This document shows positions 10,907-22,480 of a stretch of DNA of 64,000 bases, piece after piece. Positions within the stretch are counted from its first letter, which is position 1. Each line of letters starts with the position of its first letter. Made by a program: the position numbers and the translations under genes. Below the pieces are notes generated by a model that made no database searches, was not told the origin of the DNA, and worked only from the letters and a program-made list of their open reading frames with translations. The DNA comes from Wickerhamiella versatilis (lineage: Eukaryota), in the NCBI GenBank assembly GCA_030867685.1, contig JAQOWU010000007.1:1-64000 (forward strand), read 5' to 3'.

Positions 10907-10943
10907 AAGTGGGCTTTCTTGCGTTGTCCAACCAGTCTCAGGT
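10907..10943 (+). repeat. Dispersed 41-bp repeat fragment
   Basis: AAGTGGGCTTTCTTGCGTTGTCCAACCAGTCTCAGGT. Confidence 0.93.
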
Positions 10944-11663
10944 TGACGGTTAGGAGCAAAGGTCTGGTGTGCAAGCAGTAGGAAGAGGTTCAGGGTTATG
11001 TAGGCTTGGACACTCGTCGACCCGCTCGCAACTCATCAACGATAGCGTCGGGTTTTGGAGATCATAGGTAGAATAATAGAAATTTTACGACGATATTAGT
11101 CCTTTCAAGATAGTTTTTTGGCCACTCCTGAGAGTATTACTAGGCCCTTGTCTACTAACATGCATGGGGCTTATAGGTTCGGCGGGACGAAGCGAACCGG
11201 CTATTTTGGAGAGACATATAATATGTATCAGCATATCTAGAACAAATTCGATTACTTATACTTCTTCAGGGCTCCATTATTAGGTTTCTAGATATTAAAT
11301 AACGGTACATAGTCCAGCGCCATGCGATAAAACTGCATATAGTGATATTACCCCGACTATACTTACCCAGTTACCCTAGCCCATGTAATGATTAAGGTGC
11401 TCGAGAGACATCGGTATTCTTACATAAAGCGGCTTGTTAGCTGCAGGAATATCGCATAGTCGAACCAAAACGTACACTCGATGTAGTTAATAGCTGGAAT
11501 CTGATGAAAGCAAGTGCTCTAAATCTCAACTTCGTAGTACTATATCTCCATGGCTTTCTGGCTACTAGTCGATGTTGAAAAAGGATGGAAAGCATGGTTA
11601 GTGTATATAGAATTTCTTTTCGGTCCACCTACTCGGCTTCTGGAGTGCTATGGTTTCCTGCTA

Positions 11664-12608
11664 CTAGCTGGACATGAATGGAGCTCCTAGTTGCCTTACA
11701 ACGTCTGCGGCTGGTAGAATTTCATGAATGGCCCCCACACCCTCATCAACCATGACATTGCCATGGCCTTTAGAAAGGTCGCCAATGAGCATTCCATAGT
11801 AGTCACTGCCAGGAATCGTGTCTGGTACGTAGCCGTCATTCCGTTGCACAATACGGCATTCGTTCCCATGCTTCCCCACTTCAATCATATCTTCGGATCG
11901 CGCCTTCACCATGATTTCCTTGACATTATCAGCAGTGGGAGACTCTAACGTGGCAATAAAGCGTGTACCAGCATACACACCCTCTGCACCAAGTGCCCGC
12001 ATCGCATCTGCTGTCTTTGTCGAGACAATGCTTCCAGCAGCGAGCACAGGGATGCTGAGCACATCCGTAATTTGTGGAACAAGAACCAGCGTAGATATAT
12101 GATGTCGAGGTAGACTTCCACCCTCCTCAAACCCTGTCACGACGTATGCATCTATACCCTCCTGCTCAGCCAGGAGTGCTTGCTCGACGGTCGGGCTTAT
12201 ATCTCGGTATAGTACCTTAATACCTGCATCATGGCACCTACTAATGTATGGAATCGCAATATCTAGGTTGAAACTGACCATTGCAGCCACTGGTACACCC
12301 TCTTCGATCATCACTCCGAGAGTAGAGTCTGTGAAATCACTATTGATGAAACCCCCCACTGGTGGTATCAAATTCACAGCAAAGGGTTTTGAAGTGAGTT
12401 GCTTCGTCTTTTGAACCTCTTTGCGTAGCGCATCTCTGAATTCCTTCATGTTTTTCGGTGCTGTACGCTGACCTGCGTGCGGACCCAACACACCCAATCC
12501 ACCTGCCTCACTTACTGAAGCGACTAATTCTGCGCTTGTGTTCCAGAATAGAGGTGCCTGCACGACTGGATACTCGATGCCAAATAAAGACTCAATACGT
12601 TTTCCCAT
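11664..12608 (-). CDS. Nitronate monooxygenase / FabK-like flavoprotein (bacterial type)
   Basis: YPVVQAP, AELVASVSEAGGLGVLG, KPFAVNL, VVTGFEEGG, LVLVPQITD...IPVLAAG and ALGAEGVYAGTRFIAT. Confidence 0.9.
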   Translation of the reverse strand: MGKRIESLFGIEYPVVQAPLFWNTSAELVASVSEAGGLGVLGPHAGQRTAPKNMKEFRDALRKEVQKTKQLTSKPFAVNLIPPVGGFINSDFTDSTLGVMIEEGVPVAAMVSFNLDIAIPYISRCHDAGIKVLYRDISPTVEQALLAEQEGIDAYVVTGFEEGGSLPRHHISTLVLVPQITDVLSIPVLAAGSIVSTKTADAMRALGAEGVYAGTRFIATLESPTADNVKEIMVKARSEDMIEVGKHGNECRIVQRNDGYVPDTIPGSDYYGMLIGDLSKGHGNVMVDEGVGAIHEILPAADVVRQLGAPFMSS

Positions 12609-13069
12609 TCAACCTGGTTATTTCCCCGGGAATATTAGATCTAAGTTACGTAAAAGATCCGTTAACAGGTTGAGCACTTAATCTTTCCGACACTAACAGT
12701 AAAAGCAAAGGGTATCACTGTTTCAAAGCGAAATTTTAAGTGAACCCATAAAAATTGCCACTACGGTCTGCCTCATTTATGCCACTACTTTTGGTGTGAG
12801 CGGTTATGTTTCTCCTTATTTCTTAGAGTACTTCAATCCGCAACTGAACTTTAGTTTCCTTGTCCCACTATGTACTTCTGTAGTCTTTTCTGGGTGTATC
12901 ATCATGGGCAGCTACGAGATTGATCTCCATGATTACGAGAAATTTGAAAATTCACTTGTTTTTGCAAGAGTAGCACTTTTCAATTTATCACTATTTGCGG
13001 TTACTGGTGCTGTCAATCACATTTTTCGTCCGAACCTCGTTAACTTCTTCAAAGTGATGCATCAATCAA

Positions 13070-13118
13070 TGGGCTTATCTTGCATTGTCTAACCAGTCTC
13101 AGGTAGTAAAGTGGGCTA
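13070..13118 (+). repeat. Dispersed 41-bp repeat (~1.2 units)
   Basis: TGGGCTTATCTTGCATTGTCTAACCAGTCTCAGGTAGTAAAGTGGGCTA. Confidence 0.94.
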
Positions 13119-13207
13119 CCCCGCAACATATCATATCAGGGCAGAGGGTTCTTGGTATATATTTACCGCCCTGTGATTTTCCAAGCAAGCGAGCTCCTTT
13201 ATTCTCG

Positions 13208-14410
13208 ATGGATCGTGGGGTTATATCGTTGAGTGAGAGCGGAGCTGAGAAGTTGACCACCATCCTCCAACAGTGCGACGTGCCTGGGGTAGTTGCCGCC
13301 GTAACTAATTCCCGAGGGAACATATTCGTGGGTGCCGAGGGTAAAAGGGATCTGAAAGACGGCGGTGAGATGACTTCAGACACTATTTTTCGAATATTTT
13401 CTTGTACAAAGGCTATCGCAGGTGCGGGAGTGATGAAGCTTGTGGAAACCGGTCGACTGGACCTTGACCTGCCGGCAAAAATCTACGTCCCAGAGCTAGC
13501 AAACGTAAAAGTCATCACGGGATTCGATGATGATGGAGAGCCGCAACTACGGGCACCCAAACAAGATATAACCACTCGTATGTTGATGCTGCATACTGCC
13601 GGCTTTGGATACGCTTTCTTCAACGACGAATACAGACGTCTCTCGGAAACTGGGAGGCTCGCAAACATTATAAATTGCACTTATGAATCAATTAAAGCCC
13701 CTCTCCTTTTTGATCCGGGCGAAAACTGGAATTATGGCCTAAATCTTGACTGGGCTGGAAAGGTTGTTGAGGCTGTTACAGGTAAGTCCTTAGGACTTGC
13801 ATTGAACGAACTGATTCTCGAGCCGCTGGAAATGACGGAAACCACATTTACTTTACCGTCCTCAAAACGTTCTCGTTTAGCCACTATGCATCAGCGTATG
13901 ACTAACGGGAAGCTAGTACCAACTCCTGAAGTCGAATTCCCTGCTGATCCGGAGTCTCATATGGCAGGTCATGGTCTATATGCAACAGTGGGAGATTATA
14001 TGAAATTCATCCGCATGCTTCTAAATAATGGCTTGAGTGACAATGGAACTCGCGTGCTTTCTGCAGATACTGTGGCTAAGATGGCAGAAAATGGTCTATC
14101 TCCAGAAATGAAAGTTGGTGCATTCACTGGTACAATTCCTGAACTCTCGAATGACGTCGAATTTTTCCCGACTGTGTCTAAATCCTGGGCACTAACATTC
14201 ATGACTAATGAGGAGTTAGCACCCACAGGGCGCTCGGCAGGATCCCTTGGTTGGACTGGTTTAGCCAACCTTTTTTACTGGATAGATCGCAAAAGTGGCA
14301 TTGGTGGGTTTTGGGCTACTCAGATTTTCCCTTTCGGAGATAAGGTTTCTCTAAACGGCTGGATGGATTTCGAATCAACTGTATATCAAAACTTGACTCA
14401 GAGTATATAA
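13208..14410 (+). CDS. Beta-lactamase-fold serine hydrolase (family VIII esterase; methyl-acetate hydrolase/LovD-like)
   Basis: FSCTK (SxxK), LMLHTAGFGY, PLLFDPGENWNYG and GSLGWTGLANLFYWID; first ATG at 13208 (the ORF-track start lies within the repeat). Confidence 0.92.
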   Translation: MDRGVISLSESGAEKLTTILQQCDVPGVVAAVTNSRGNIFVGAEGKRDLKDGGEMTSDTIFRIFSCTKAIAGAGVMKLVETGRLDLDLPAKIYVPELANVKVITGFDDDGEPQLRAPKQDITTRMLMLHTAGFGYAFFNDEYRRLSETGRLANIINCTYESIKAPLLFDPGENWNYGLNLDWAGKVVEAVTGKSLGLALNELILEPLEMTETTFTLPSSKRSRLATMHQRMTNGKLVPTPEVEFPADPESHMAGHGLYATVGDYMKFIRMLLNNGLSDNGTRVLSADTVAKMAENGLSPEMKVGAFTGTIPELSNDVEFFPTVSKSWALTFMTNEELAPTGRSAGSLGWTGLANLFYWIDRKSGIGGFWATQIFPFGDKVSLNGWMDFESTVYQNLTQSI

Positions 14411-15185
14411 GCTGCGAGTTATACTGTTTCAATACCTGATTTTTAGGATATACTGCATATTTCACTTTTTTTTTAGTCGCAGGCCCCTATGACAAGTAAA
14501 GTTTTCAAGGATAGACTGTTTCGGTCGGAATCTTCCTCAAATTGTTTGATGTCTCGCTTGTACCACGTATAGCTGTAGTAATGCCTTGCTATCATTTTAT
14601 TTCTCTCCAATCTAGTTAAGTTGGCCTACGATTGGTATGCACACAGATTCTCTAGACAGATAAATACATTAGTCACGTGTGCCAGGTTGCTTATTACGTG
14701 CACGCGAAGTACATCTTTCTTTTATGACGTCACATTGGTCGAAGAGCACTTCTAGCTACTTCTAGATCGTCTCTGTTTCCTTTTGCGTGTTAATTCATAG
14801 AAACTGGGTTTCGCTACGAACTGAATCCTGCGTTTCTTTTCTTAGCATTCTGGCATCCTCTCATGAGGGTATATACGAGTTTTAACTATCTCATCGCAAT
14901 GTCGAATAGATAGATACTTTATATATTTCTGTTGGTTTGATTCTACCCGTGTCATTTTGTGCTTATTGCATCCTTCTGACTGACAGCCCAGATGAATATG
15001 CGACCCAATTTGGCAACATAAAGTTAAAGATACTGTCTGGACTAAAGAATTCCATTGGCAAACCGGTATTAGCTGTGTCAACGAAACCTATTATTTACCT
15101 GCTTATATTGTGCAAGCAGTCTTTTCTAGAGGGAAATTAAACTATTGCATTACTAAAACATAGTTCCCCACGACATTTTTTTTTC

Positions 15186-15231
15186 GCATTGTCCCACCAG
15201 TCTCAGGTAGTGAAGTGGGCTAACTTGCATT
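15186..15231 (+). repeat. Dispersed 41-bp repeat (~1.1 units)
   Basis: GCATTGTCCCACCAGTCTCAGGTAGTGAAGTGGGCTAACTTGCATT. Confidence 0.94.
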
Positions 15232-15517
15232 CACTAATGAAGTTGATGCCATGTATCCTAATATCGTAAGTATTGAAAAAGGTACAATAATCTGATTTTG
15301 GATAAGAGGTATGAGCGCGAAGGCTAAAGATTGAAAAAGCCAGTCGCCGATAACGACAGTGCTGTTAAACCCTTCTATTATGAGGTAACAATCGGTAACG
15401 GTTTCATAGAAAGATTCATACCATTCATCGTAAATAGTCTCATTGGCTCCAGAAAAACCTAACATATGTAATATAATTTATCAGGAGAAGAGAAGTATGC
15501 TCAGTTCTCCATTGCTA

Positions 15518-16075
15518 CTAATAACCCATTCCTCCTACACTCTTAGGTACCTGAGTAGGCATGTCTTCGTAACGGTCAAATGTCTCACCATCTACAATGA
15601 ACTTACCGTCACCCACAGCATGAAGTTTCCGCGTCTCTTTACGATTTTTATCAATATGAGCTCCCACAGCTTTCAACAGGACTAAATGATGCTCCTCTAA
15701 GACCGCAGTAACCTTACACTCGATGTTAACATAGCATTCTCTGATCGACGGAGCACGAACATGCTTCGAAGGTACCGGTGTCAAATTGATCTGGGAAAAT
15801 TTATCCGTATCCCTGCCTGAACAGGTCCCTACCTTCAAAAGCGGGTCAATGAGATCAACGGTCACTATACCGATAACACATTCCCGCTGTTCTACTAAAG
15901 CCTTCCACGAATAGTTCCAAGGACCTGTCATAATAGCGAAAGTGCACTTAAAGCTTGTCACCATGTTCCATGAAATACACATAACATTATCTTTCGAACC
16001 ATCGTTAGTAGTGATAAAGACTATCGGCCCCGGTTCCATGTAAAGGAATGTCCGTTCGACTGGCAATTCCTCCAT
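15518..16075 (-). CDS. Flavin reductase family protein (DIM6/NTAB, bacterial type)
   Basis: EPGPIVFITT, NVMCISW, VGTCSGRDTDKF, APSIRECYVNIECKV and LHAVGDGKF. Confidence 0.9.
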   Translation of the reverse strand: MEELPVERTFLYMEPGPIVFITTNDGSKDNVMCISWNMVTSFKCTFAIMTGPWNYSWKALVEQRECVIGIVTVDLIDPLLKVGTCSGRDTDKFSQINLTPVPSKHVRAPSIRECYVNIECKVTAVLEEHHLVLLKAVGAHIDKNRKETRKLHAVGDGKFIVDGETFDRYEDMPTQVPKSVGGMGY

Positions 16076-16792
16076 ATTGAACTTCTTGCCTCGTATATGG
16101 GGGTGTTCGGTGCTATATATAATCCATTCCCTACGGATCTCACGCTTACATACCGCAGGCGGATAAGGGTTTCGAATTATGCGGAAATGATAATATGCTT
16201 AACGGTTTTTTTTCTTTTGCAATTGGGCAATCCATAGAGCAAAGAAAACCTGTCAATATGCAAACCAGTAATGTCTAGTATGCATGGTTCGTAATCAGAC
16301 TTTCATGGTCAGGTAAAATCGTATGCTGGTATCGTGCAATGTCCAGACAGGCTTTTATGAGCAAACACAAGTATCAGTAATGGGGTAGTCATGCTCAATG
16401 TCTCAGCAAAAAGCTGTCTTGCGCCAGAGGAATGAGAACGCCACAGCGCAATGACGTGGGAATCCCTCACCCATCGCTAACCAACACGAGCTCGAGCTCG
16501 TTAGCCCAAGAAAATCTGCTCCAACACATACGAGCTAAGCCCTACTCTAGTGGAAAATACTGCTGAGCTAGAACTGCCATTGTTGAGATGTCAAACAAAA
16601 GTAATGATCAAAGGTCTTTACATCGTTCAATTGTTCGGCAACCAAGAAAGTCACTTAGTCACAAGTCAGCTCACTATCATGTATACGTATTATCTAATTA
16701 GCTCGCATGAAAATGACTTTGCTTCGGTTTAAAGTATGTTTTTCTTGCAATAAACAAATCAATTGGCAGTTGCTTATTTAAAAGACAATTTC

Positions 16793-16848
16793 GCATTGTC
16801 CAACCAGTCTCAGGTAGTGAAGTGTGCTATCTTGCATTGTCCAACCAG
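16793..16848 (+). repeat. Dispersed 41-bp repeat (~1.4 units)
   Basis: GCATTGTCCAACCAGTCTCAGGTAGTGAAGTGTGCTATCTTGCATTGTCCAACCAG. Confidence 0.95.
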
Positions 16849-17462
16849 GAGCAGCTAGCGCAGGTCCACTGGAATGGGCCCTAGAAGCTGCCGTCTCGCT
16901 AGCAACAGCAGATAAACAACTATTGGCATCAACGCATTTCTTCATTGTGAGGCTGGTCCTGCAACCTCTGTTTAGCTAATGCTCTATTTCCAGGTAAAGT
17001 AAACTGGATACCTCTTAACTTACTACGAGTCCTTTCCCAAGATAGCTAGGTCGGTATCTGTTTCTAACTCTATATACTATGAGAGAGCGAGAAGCAAACA
17101 TATATATATGTGACCAAAATGAAATTACAAAGTGATTACGCTTATCCCAGGCCCCCGGCACCCCACATGTGACATAATGCCCAATCGCAGGTAGTGATGA
17201 TGAGTTCGGGGTACATCCAAGGATGAGTAATACAAACTGGGAAGGCTCAGATCTTCTATGCTCTATATTTATTGACAATTATACGTACATTATCTTACGA
17301 TCTATCGTTATAGTACTGATTATCACCAGTGGTCAAAAATGTTTTGGGTTAAGGGGTGATATAGAAAATCACACCCCCAGTCGCAAGGGTAAGGTTCCAG
17401 ATCATCCTATTTCTAAACCTGAAATCTATATATTTGCATAAGTAGATCTTTCTGAGTGCAAG

Positions 17463-18296
17463 ATGATGAATGGAATTGAGCCACTTTCTCCCTCTAACTC
17501 GCTTGAAAAGGGTACGATAGCACCAGAAAACCCCTCAGAACATGACAATGAGAGCGGCGAGTTGCAAGAAGTTCATACCATAAGAACTTCAGGTCATGAC
17601 CAAGAATTTCTACACATTGGCTCCATGAAAGTCAAACGTAGTGACCTTATTTCAGCCTCTGGTGGAGACCTTTGGCCGTCAATTCATTTTCCTCCACCAC
17701 GTAGATTTGGGAATGCAGCTCCCCTAGGTCTTATGGCGTACGCAAATACCACCTTTTTGGTAGCACTAATCAACATACATGCTCGTCACGTCACTGAACC
17801 AAATATAGGGATTATTCTTGCTTACTCTTTCGGTGGGTTTGCTCAGATCTGCGCGGGCATGTGGGAAATAGCTTGCGAAAACACTTTTGGAGCTACTACT
17901 TTGTCGGGTATGGGTGCTTTTTGGATTGCGTACGGAATTCTGCTCACACCTGGATTTGGCATAGCTGAGGCTTATTCTAAGTACCCTGGCCAATTTGAGA
18001 ATGCTCAAGGACTATTTCTAATTACATGGGCCGTATTTTGTTACATGCTCATGGTTTGCACCATCCGCTCAACAATTGCATTCTTTGGTTTATTTTTTTC
18101 CGCGGGGACCACTTTAGTCTTACAGGCTTGCTATTGTTTTACTGGAAACATAGGTCTTCTAAAGGCTTCTGGATGGGTAGGTATTGTCACAGCCTTTTTT
18201 GCTTATTTTAATGCGATGATGGGGCTAGTCACGTATGAAAACTCTTACATTAAAACAGAAAGACTGAAGATTTATATGCCTGGTGCCATGCGATAG
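17463..18296 (+). CDS. GPR1/FUN34/YaaH (Ato/Ady2) acetate/ammonia transporter
   Basis: FGNAAPLGL signature (cf. FANPAPLGL), GGFAQICAGMWE, ENTFGAT; about six TM segments. Confidence 0.93.
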   Translation: MMNGIEPLSPSNSLEKGTIAPENPSEHDNESGELQEVHTIRTSGHDQEFLHIGSMKVKRSDLISASGGDLWPSIHFPPPRRFGNAAPLGLMAYANTTFLVALINIHARHVTEPNIGIILAYSFGGFAQICAGMWEIACENTFGATTLSGMGAFWIAYGILLTPGFGIAEAYSKYPGQFENAQGLFLITWAVFCYMLMVCTIRSTIAFFGLFFSAGTTLVLQACYCFTGNIGLLKASGWVGIVTAFFAYFNAMMGLVTYENSYIKTERLKIYMPGAMR

Positions 18297-18571
18297 CGTT
18301 GTTCCAGGGTCGGTTAATAAGTTATTAGTCATTTTATTCTTACCCTCGTGCTGAGTTATGCGTTAACGCTTCGAGTTCCCCAGGGTAATTATATTGATAA
18401 CATGTTAAAAAATAGAATCAGAGATGCTGCGCATTATATCACATGCGTGGTGGCATCCTTTCAATGACAAGTATGATACTCACCTTGAATCTAATCGGGG
18501 CGAGAAAGAAGAAACTAAAGAAAAAGACAACCTAAATAATTCGAGAAACAGCATTCCAAGACTACTCAAAT

Positions 18572-18606
18572 AGTAGGCTATCTTGCATTGTCCAACCAGT
18601 CTCAGG
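18572..18606 (+). repeat. Dispersed 41-bp repeat fragment
   Basis: AGTAGGCTATCTTGCATTGTCCAACCAGTCTCAGG. Confidence 0.93.
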
Positions 18607-19814
18607 CACACTGTGGTGAAGGAAAAAACAACAGTGGCGTAACTAGATCAAGCAGTCGACGGCATCGCAACCGTTGAAATTTGGGTATTTGGCACTGCAG
18701 AGATGGAACTGTTGCTCTCTGATGCTGGTGGGGAAGAATAGCCCGGTGACTTGAAAGAAAGAGCAATAGGCTTAGATTAATATTTATATTTATGTGGTTA
18801 AACAGAACTTCCTGAGGACGGTATTGCTGAAGTTGATGTGGATCCGTACTCACGTCATGTGTATGATCAGTCGTTTGCCAATCCAATAACAACGATAACA
18901 ATAATGCGATAAACCTACCCTCTGCCGCCTTAGAGTAATTAGAGGAATATAAGTGAAGGGGCTCCTGGACAAAAGAGAGTTCCTTGGGCCAGCTAGACTT
19001 GATGGGTTCGGCCATAGCCAGTGGTGCATACCTAGTGTTCCTGGCCAAGAGACTTTATATATGTATATACTAAGTTCCATCCGGTAGATTCTGAGACATA
19101 TACCACCTTGTCAATATGATATCAGCACCTTTAGCTTGTGTGGAGATGCTTACTATCGTTATCTTGATCCAATATGACTTATGTAATTTGTTCAAATAGC
19201 GTTAGGTTCGGCGACAAATTCTTAGAATATATCTCAGTCAGTTTGACAAGTAACAATTAAATAAATATCGAAATTTGGGGCCACCATGATTACCTTCGCG
19301 AGCCATGATCTTGTGGCAGTTGACGCAGCCGCAAGACCGGAGGACTGTGCGCACCGCCATCTGAGACTCTTCCGCCCGAATAATTTGCCTGGCATATTTT
19401 GTGAGATTAGGTTCGTGCTGAATTGGAATGATAAGTGATCCCACGGCAGGCTCTTATAGCATGATGCTTTACCTCCTCATTTGCGCCTGCTGTCATTCTG
19501 CACCGAGCCATGCTCGCACAGTGAGTGGGCCAAAGCCAGCTCGCGATTCGAACTCATATATATCAGTACTAATAGGTGCATCATTTCGACGTGTATTCTT
19601 GTCATAGGGCTTTACAAGCGTAGTCTCAGAGGAATTCAAAGGCTGATCAAGGCTTATCAAAAGTGGTATTAATCGTACTCACTATCATCCCATTTATCGT
19701 TACTATCGCTACTCTCGATTTTTTTCTTCCGATTTTGAGCTGCTTAGATGTGAACATACCGAATGCGTAGTAAAGAACTTTACCACTAAATTTTCAATTT
19801 GCTGGAAACTATTT

Positions 19815-19866
19815 ATTGTCCCACCAGTCTCAGGTAGTAAAGTGGGCTGTCTGGCATTGTCCAACC
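19815..19866 (+). repeat. Dispersed 41-bp repeat (~1.3 units)
   Basis: ATTGTCCCACCAGTCTCAGGTAGTAAAGTGGGCTGTCTGGCATTGTCCAACC. Confidence 0.93.
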
Positions 19867-20156
19867 TGGATAAGGAGGATCTTGGGCAGTATGGCCGCCT
19901 AAAGTAGGCATCTTATTATCGGCCAGGACACGCCGGAAGAAAGCGACTATTCTCCTCTATATTTATGTATGCAGAGATTACAATTCAAGCTATAACGACT
20001 ATATAAAATATTTCCCTAAGAGGAAATGTCCTGCCTGTGTCAAGTACGACGAAAACCCTAAGCCATATCCAAACGTCGACCTTTTTTAGTAATGCTATTT
20101 TTATATGACCTCGTATATATAAAACCTGAAGCTTTGTAAATTATTTCGTTCTATCA

Positions 20157-20513
20157 ATGTTTTCTAAATTTGCGCCATTGTTAACTCTTACTCTTCTACT
20201 ACGAACTGCCATGGGAATACCGACACCAGAGGTGTTTTACGCCACACTAGGTGAGACAAATGATCTGGAGCTCGAAGCCAACCCTACCACCGGTTATTCG
20301 TGGATGATCGAGCAGTTACCCAGCAATCTTATACTGGCCGATCAACGGTATCAAGCAGAGGACAATAACGCTGGCGGATTAGGCAGCGGTGGACACACAG
20401 TATATACATTCATCGGCCAAACTCCAGGTACCGGCGAATTAAAACTTATTTATGGGCGAAGATTCCAAAATTCAACCTGGGAACCCAAGTCAATTAGTGT
20501 CCAGGTGAGTTAA
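20157..20513 (+). CDS. Secreted chagasin-family (MEROPS I42) cysteine protease inhibitor
   Basis: Signal peptide; LEANPTTGYSW, GSGG and YGRRF (cf. Y.RPW) motifs; TATATAAA upstream. Confidence 0.88.
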   Translation: MFSKFAPLLTLTLLLRTAMGIPTPEVFYATLGETNDLELEANPTTGYSWMIEQLPSNLILADQRYQAEDNNAGGLGSGGHTVYTFIGQTPGTGELKLIYGRRFQNSTWEPKSISVQVS

Positions 20514-20738
20514 GCTAATTATGATGTCTACGATTGCCCTAGCCAGCTGACAGATATCGGCACTTCTGCTAGGCTCATATGTACGGTATTCTCATAGCGT
20601 ATGAGTATGAAAGTAATAAATATATCCCCTATAGAGCGTTTTGCCGGGGTCTTGTAAGACATTCATGGCCTCCGCACAATCTGATCTTAACTTTAGACTC
20701 TCTTATCTGGTACCATTTGTCATCGAAGTCCCCGAAGG

Positions 20739-21587
20739 ATGTCATCATTCTCGAACCCGAATTATGATGCAAGTGGATACCAAAAATTTCGTCCAGATTA
20801 TCCACACTCGCTTTATGAACACTTAACCAGTTATATTGGTGAGACCAAGCCAAGTGTGGTGGTCGATGTGGCATGTGGGACAGGCCAAGCTACCAGAGTC
20901 CTTGCACAGATGGCGGACAAGGTATACGGTATTGACAGATCTGAGGTAATGGTAAAACAAGCATGTGACCAGAGAGACTTACCTAGCAACATTGAATTCC
21001 TTGTTGGAGAGGATGCTAAACTGGATCACATGTTTCCACCGCATAGCGTTGATTTACTGACAGTGGCCGAGGCATTTCACTACTTGACTCACCCAGACTT
21101 CCTCAATATAGCACACAAGATTTTGAAACCCAATGGAGTCCTAGCTATTTGGTCCTATTACTTGCCGTCAGTGTTTCAGAAAGATACTGGAACGGAACTG
21201 ACAGAAGCACGACAAGTTATTTACAACCTTACTTATGGCGAGTTAGCTCCATATTGGGATAAGGGGCTGGAGATTATACATGATATGTATGCTTCGTTTA
21301 AGCTCCCACCTAGTCAGTTTACGCAAGAAGTCCGGTATGTAAATGATAATGACCGCCTACGTCCACAGGAGACGTTTGAACTTGTCCGAACAAATGCCAA
21401 GCTCAGTGATCTGATAAATTCATTACGAACTTCGGGACCCTATAACAACTGGAAAAAAGCAAATCCCCAGAGCAGAGATATTCTGGATTTAGCTTATAAA
21501 GAAATTAAGCACAAGGCAGGGCTTGAAGACAATAATTTCATCACAGTGAAATGGAATAGCGTCTACATATTTGCGCGTGCCATTTAA
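20739..21587 (+). CDS. SAM-dependent methyltransferase (Tmt1/Crg1-like)
   Basis: MSSFS..YQKFRPDYP, VDVACGTGQAT, VDLLTVAEAFHY and LKPNGVLAIWSY. Confidence 0.88.
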   Translation: MSSFSNPNYDASGYQKFRPDYPHSLYEHLTSYIGETKPSVVVDVACGTGQATRVLAQMADKVYGIDRSEVMVKQACDQRDLPSNIEFLVGEDAKLDHMFPPHSVDLLTVAEAFHYLTHPDFLNIAHKILKPNGVLAIWSYYLPSVFQKDTGTELTEARQVIYNLTYGELAPYWDKGLEIIHDMYASFKLPPSQFTQEVRYVNDNDRLRPQETFELVRTNAKLSDLINSLRTSGPYNNWKKANPQSRDILDLAYKEIKHKAGLEDNNFITVKWNSVYIFARAI

Positions 21588-21631
21588 TATGTAATATAGT
21601 CAAAGGATTTGTGTGGACTTTGTCTCTTTAA

Positions 21632-22111
21632 GACCTAGTTACACAATGCCCTTCACCCACATCCATTACTACCAACAATGCTACCTATACCGTAACTGGG
21701 CTGACGACAGTAACCATCACCGACTGTCCTTGTACCATTACGAATACCGCTAGCCCACGCAGATCTCAGTCATTCTTTACAACTGAAACGGTGAGTGAGC
21801 TGACCACTTATTGACCCTCCCCAACTACCTTCACGATAAATGAGCGTCCTTATACGGTGACAGAGGCTACAAGCCTTACCATCACTGATTGTCCTTGTAC
21901 CCGGTCAAGAGCAATCACAGGCACAGGCCCATCCAAGGAACCCAATAACTCGTCTATTAGTAGTGTCACGCCTACTACTGCCCACTCATCGAAAGACATT
22001 CCTCATGTGGAGAGTTCAATCAGTACAGCACCTGCTGTAGCTAATACGGGCAGTGGTAAAAAGCCGTGGATAGCATTTGAACTCTTTTTGGTAATTGCTG
22101 CCATACTTTAG
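21632..22111 (+). pseudogene. 5'-truncated Sed1-like GPI cell wall protein pseudogene
   Basis: Reads TQCPSPTSITTNNATYTVTGLTTVTITDCPCT...LTTY*PSPTTFTINERPYTVTEATSLTITDCPCT followed by a GPI tail; in-frame TGA at 21812 replaces Cys; no start or signal peptide. Confidence 0.85.
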
Positions 22112-22377
22112 TTTAATTCATAGTTTTCTTTCTATTGATAAGAAAATATTCTGATTATAATATAAATCCTTGTTTTCCTTATTCTTTCAAGTTATCCTAG
22201 CAACATGAGATCCTATCTTATAGTGGCTCTGAAACACCCCCAAGATGGCAAGATGGACCAGGACCTGCTTTTCCCAGACGACTACATATTCCTGATGCAT
22301 TTTTATGCCGGACCTGGATTCCCGATATATAGTTGGAATATGTTGATAGATATCACTATATAAGCAAATAGCGCATA

Positions 22378-22404
22378 GCTATCTTGCATTGACCAACCAG
22401 CCTC
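22378..22404 (+). repeat. Dispersed 41-bp repeat fragment
   Basis: GCTATCTTGCATTGACCAACCAGCCTC. Confidence 0.87.
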
Positions 22405-22480
22405 CATGTACGTAAGCGCTGGGAAACTGATAAAAAGTATATATCATATAAACTATAACTCCCATTGTAAGATCACCGGT

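Noticed and set aside
18602-19048. 148-aa ORF in the module between repeats at 18572 and 19815
   Set aside because: TTG start and no recognisable family; may be a decayed gene but cannot be supported.
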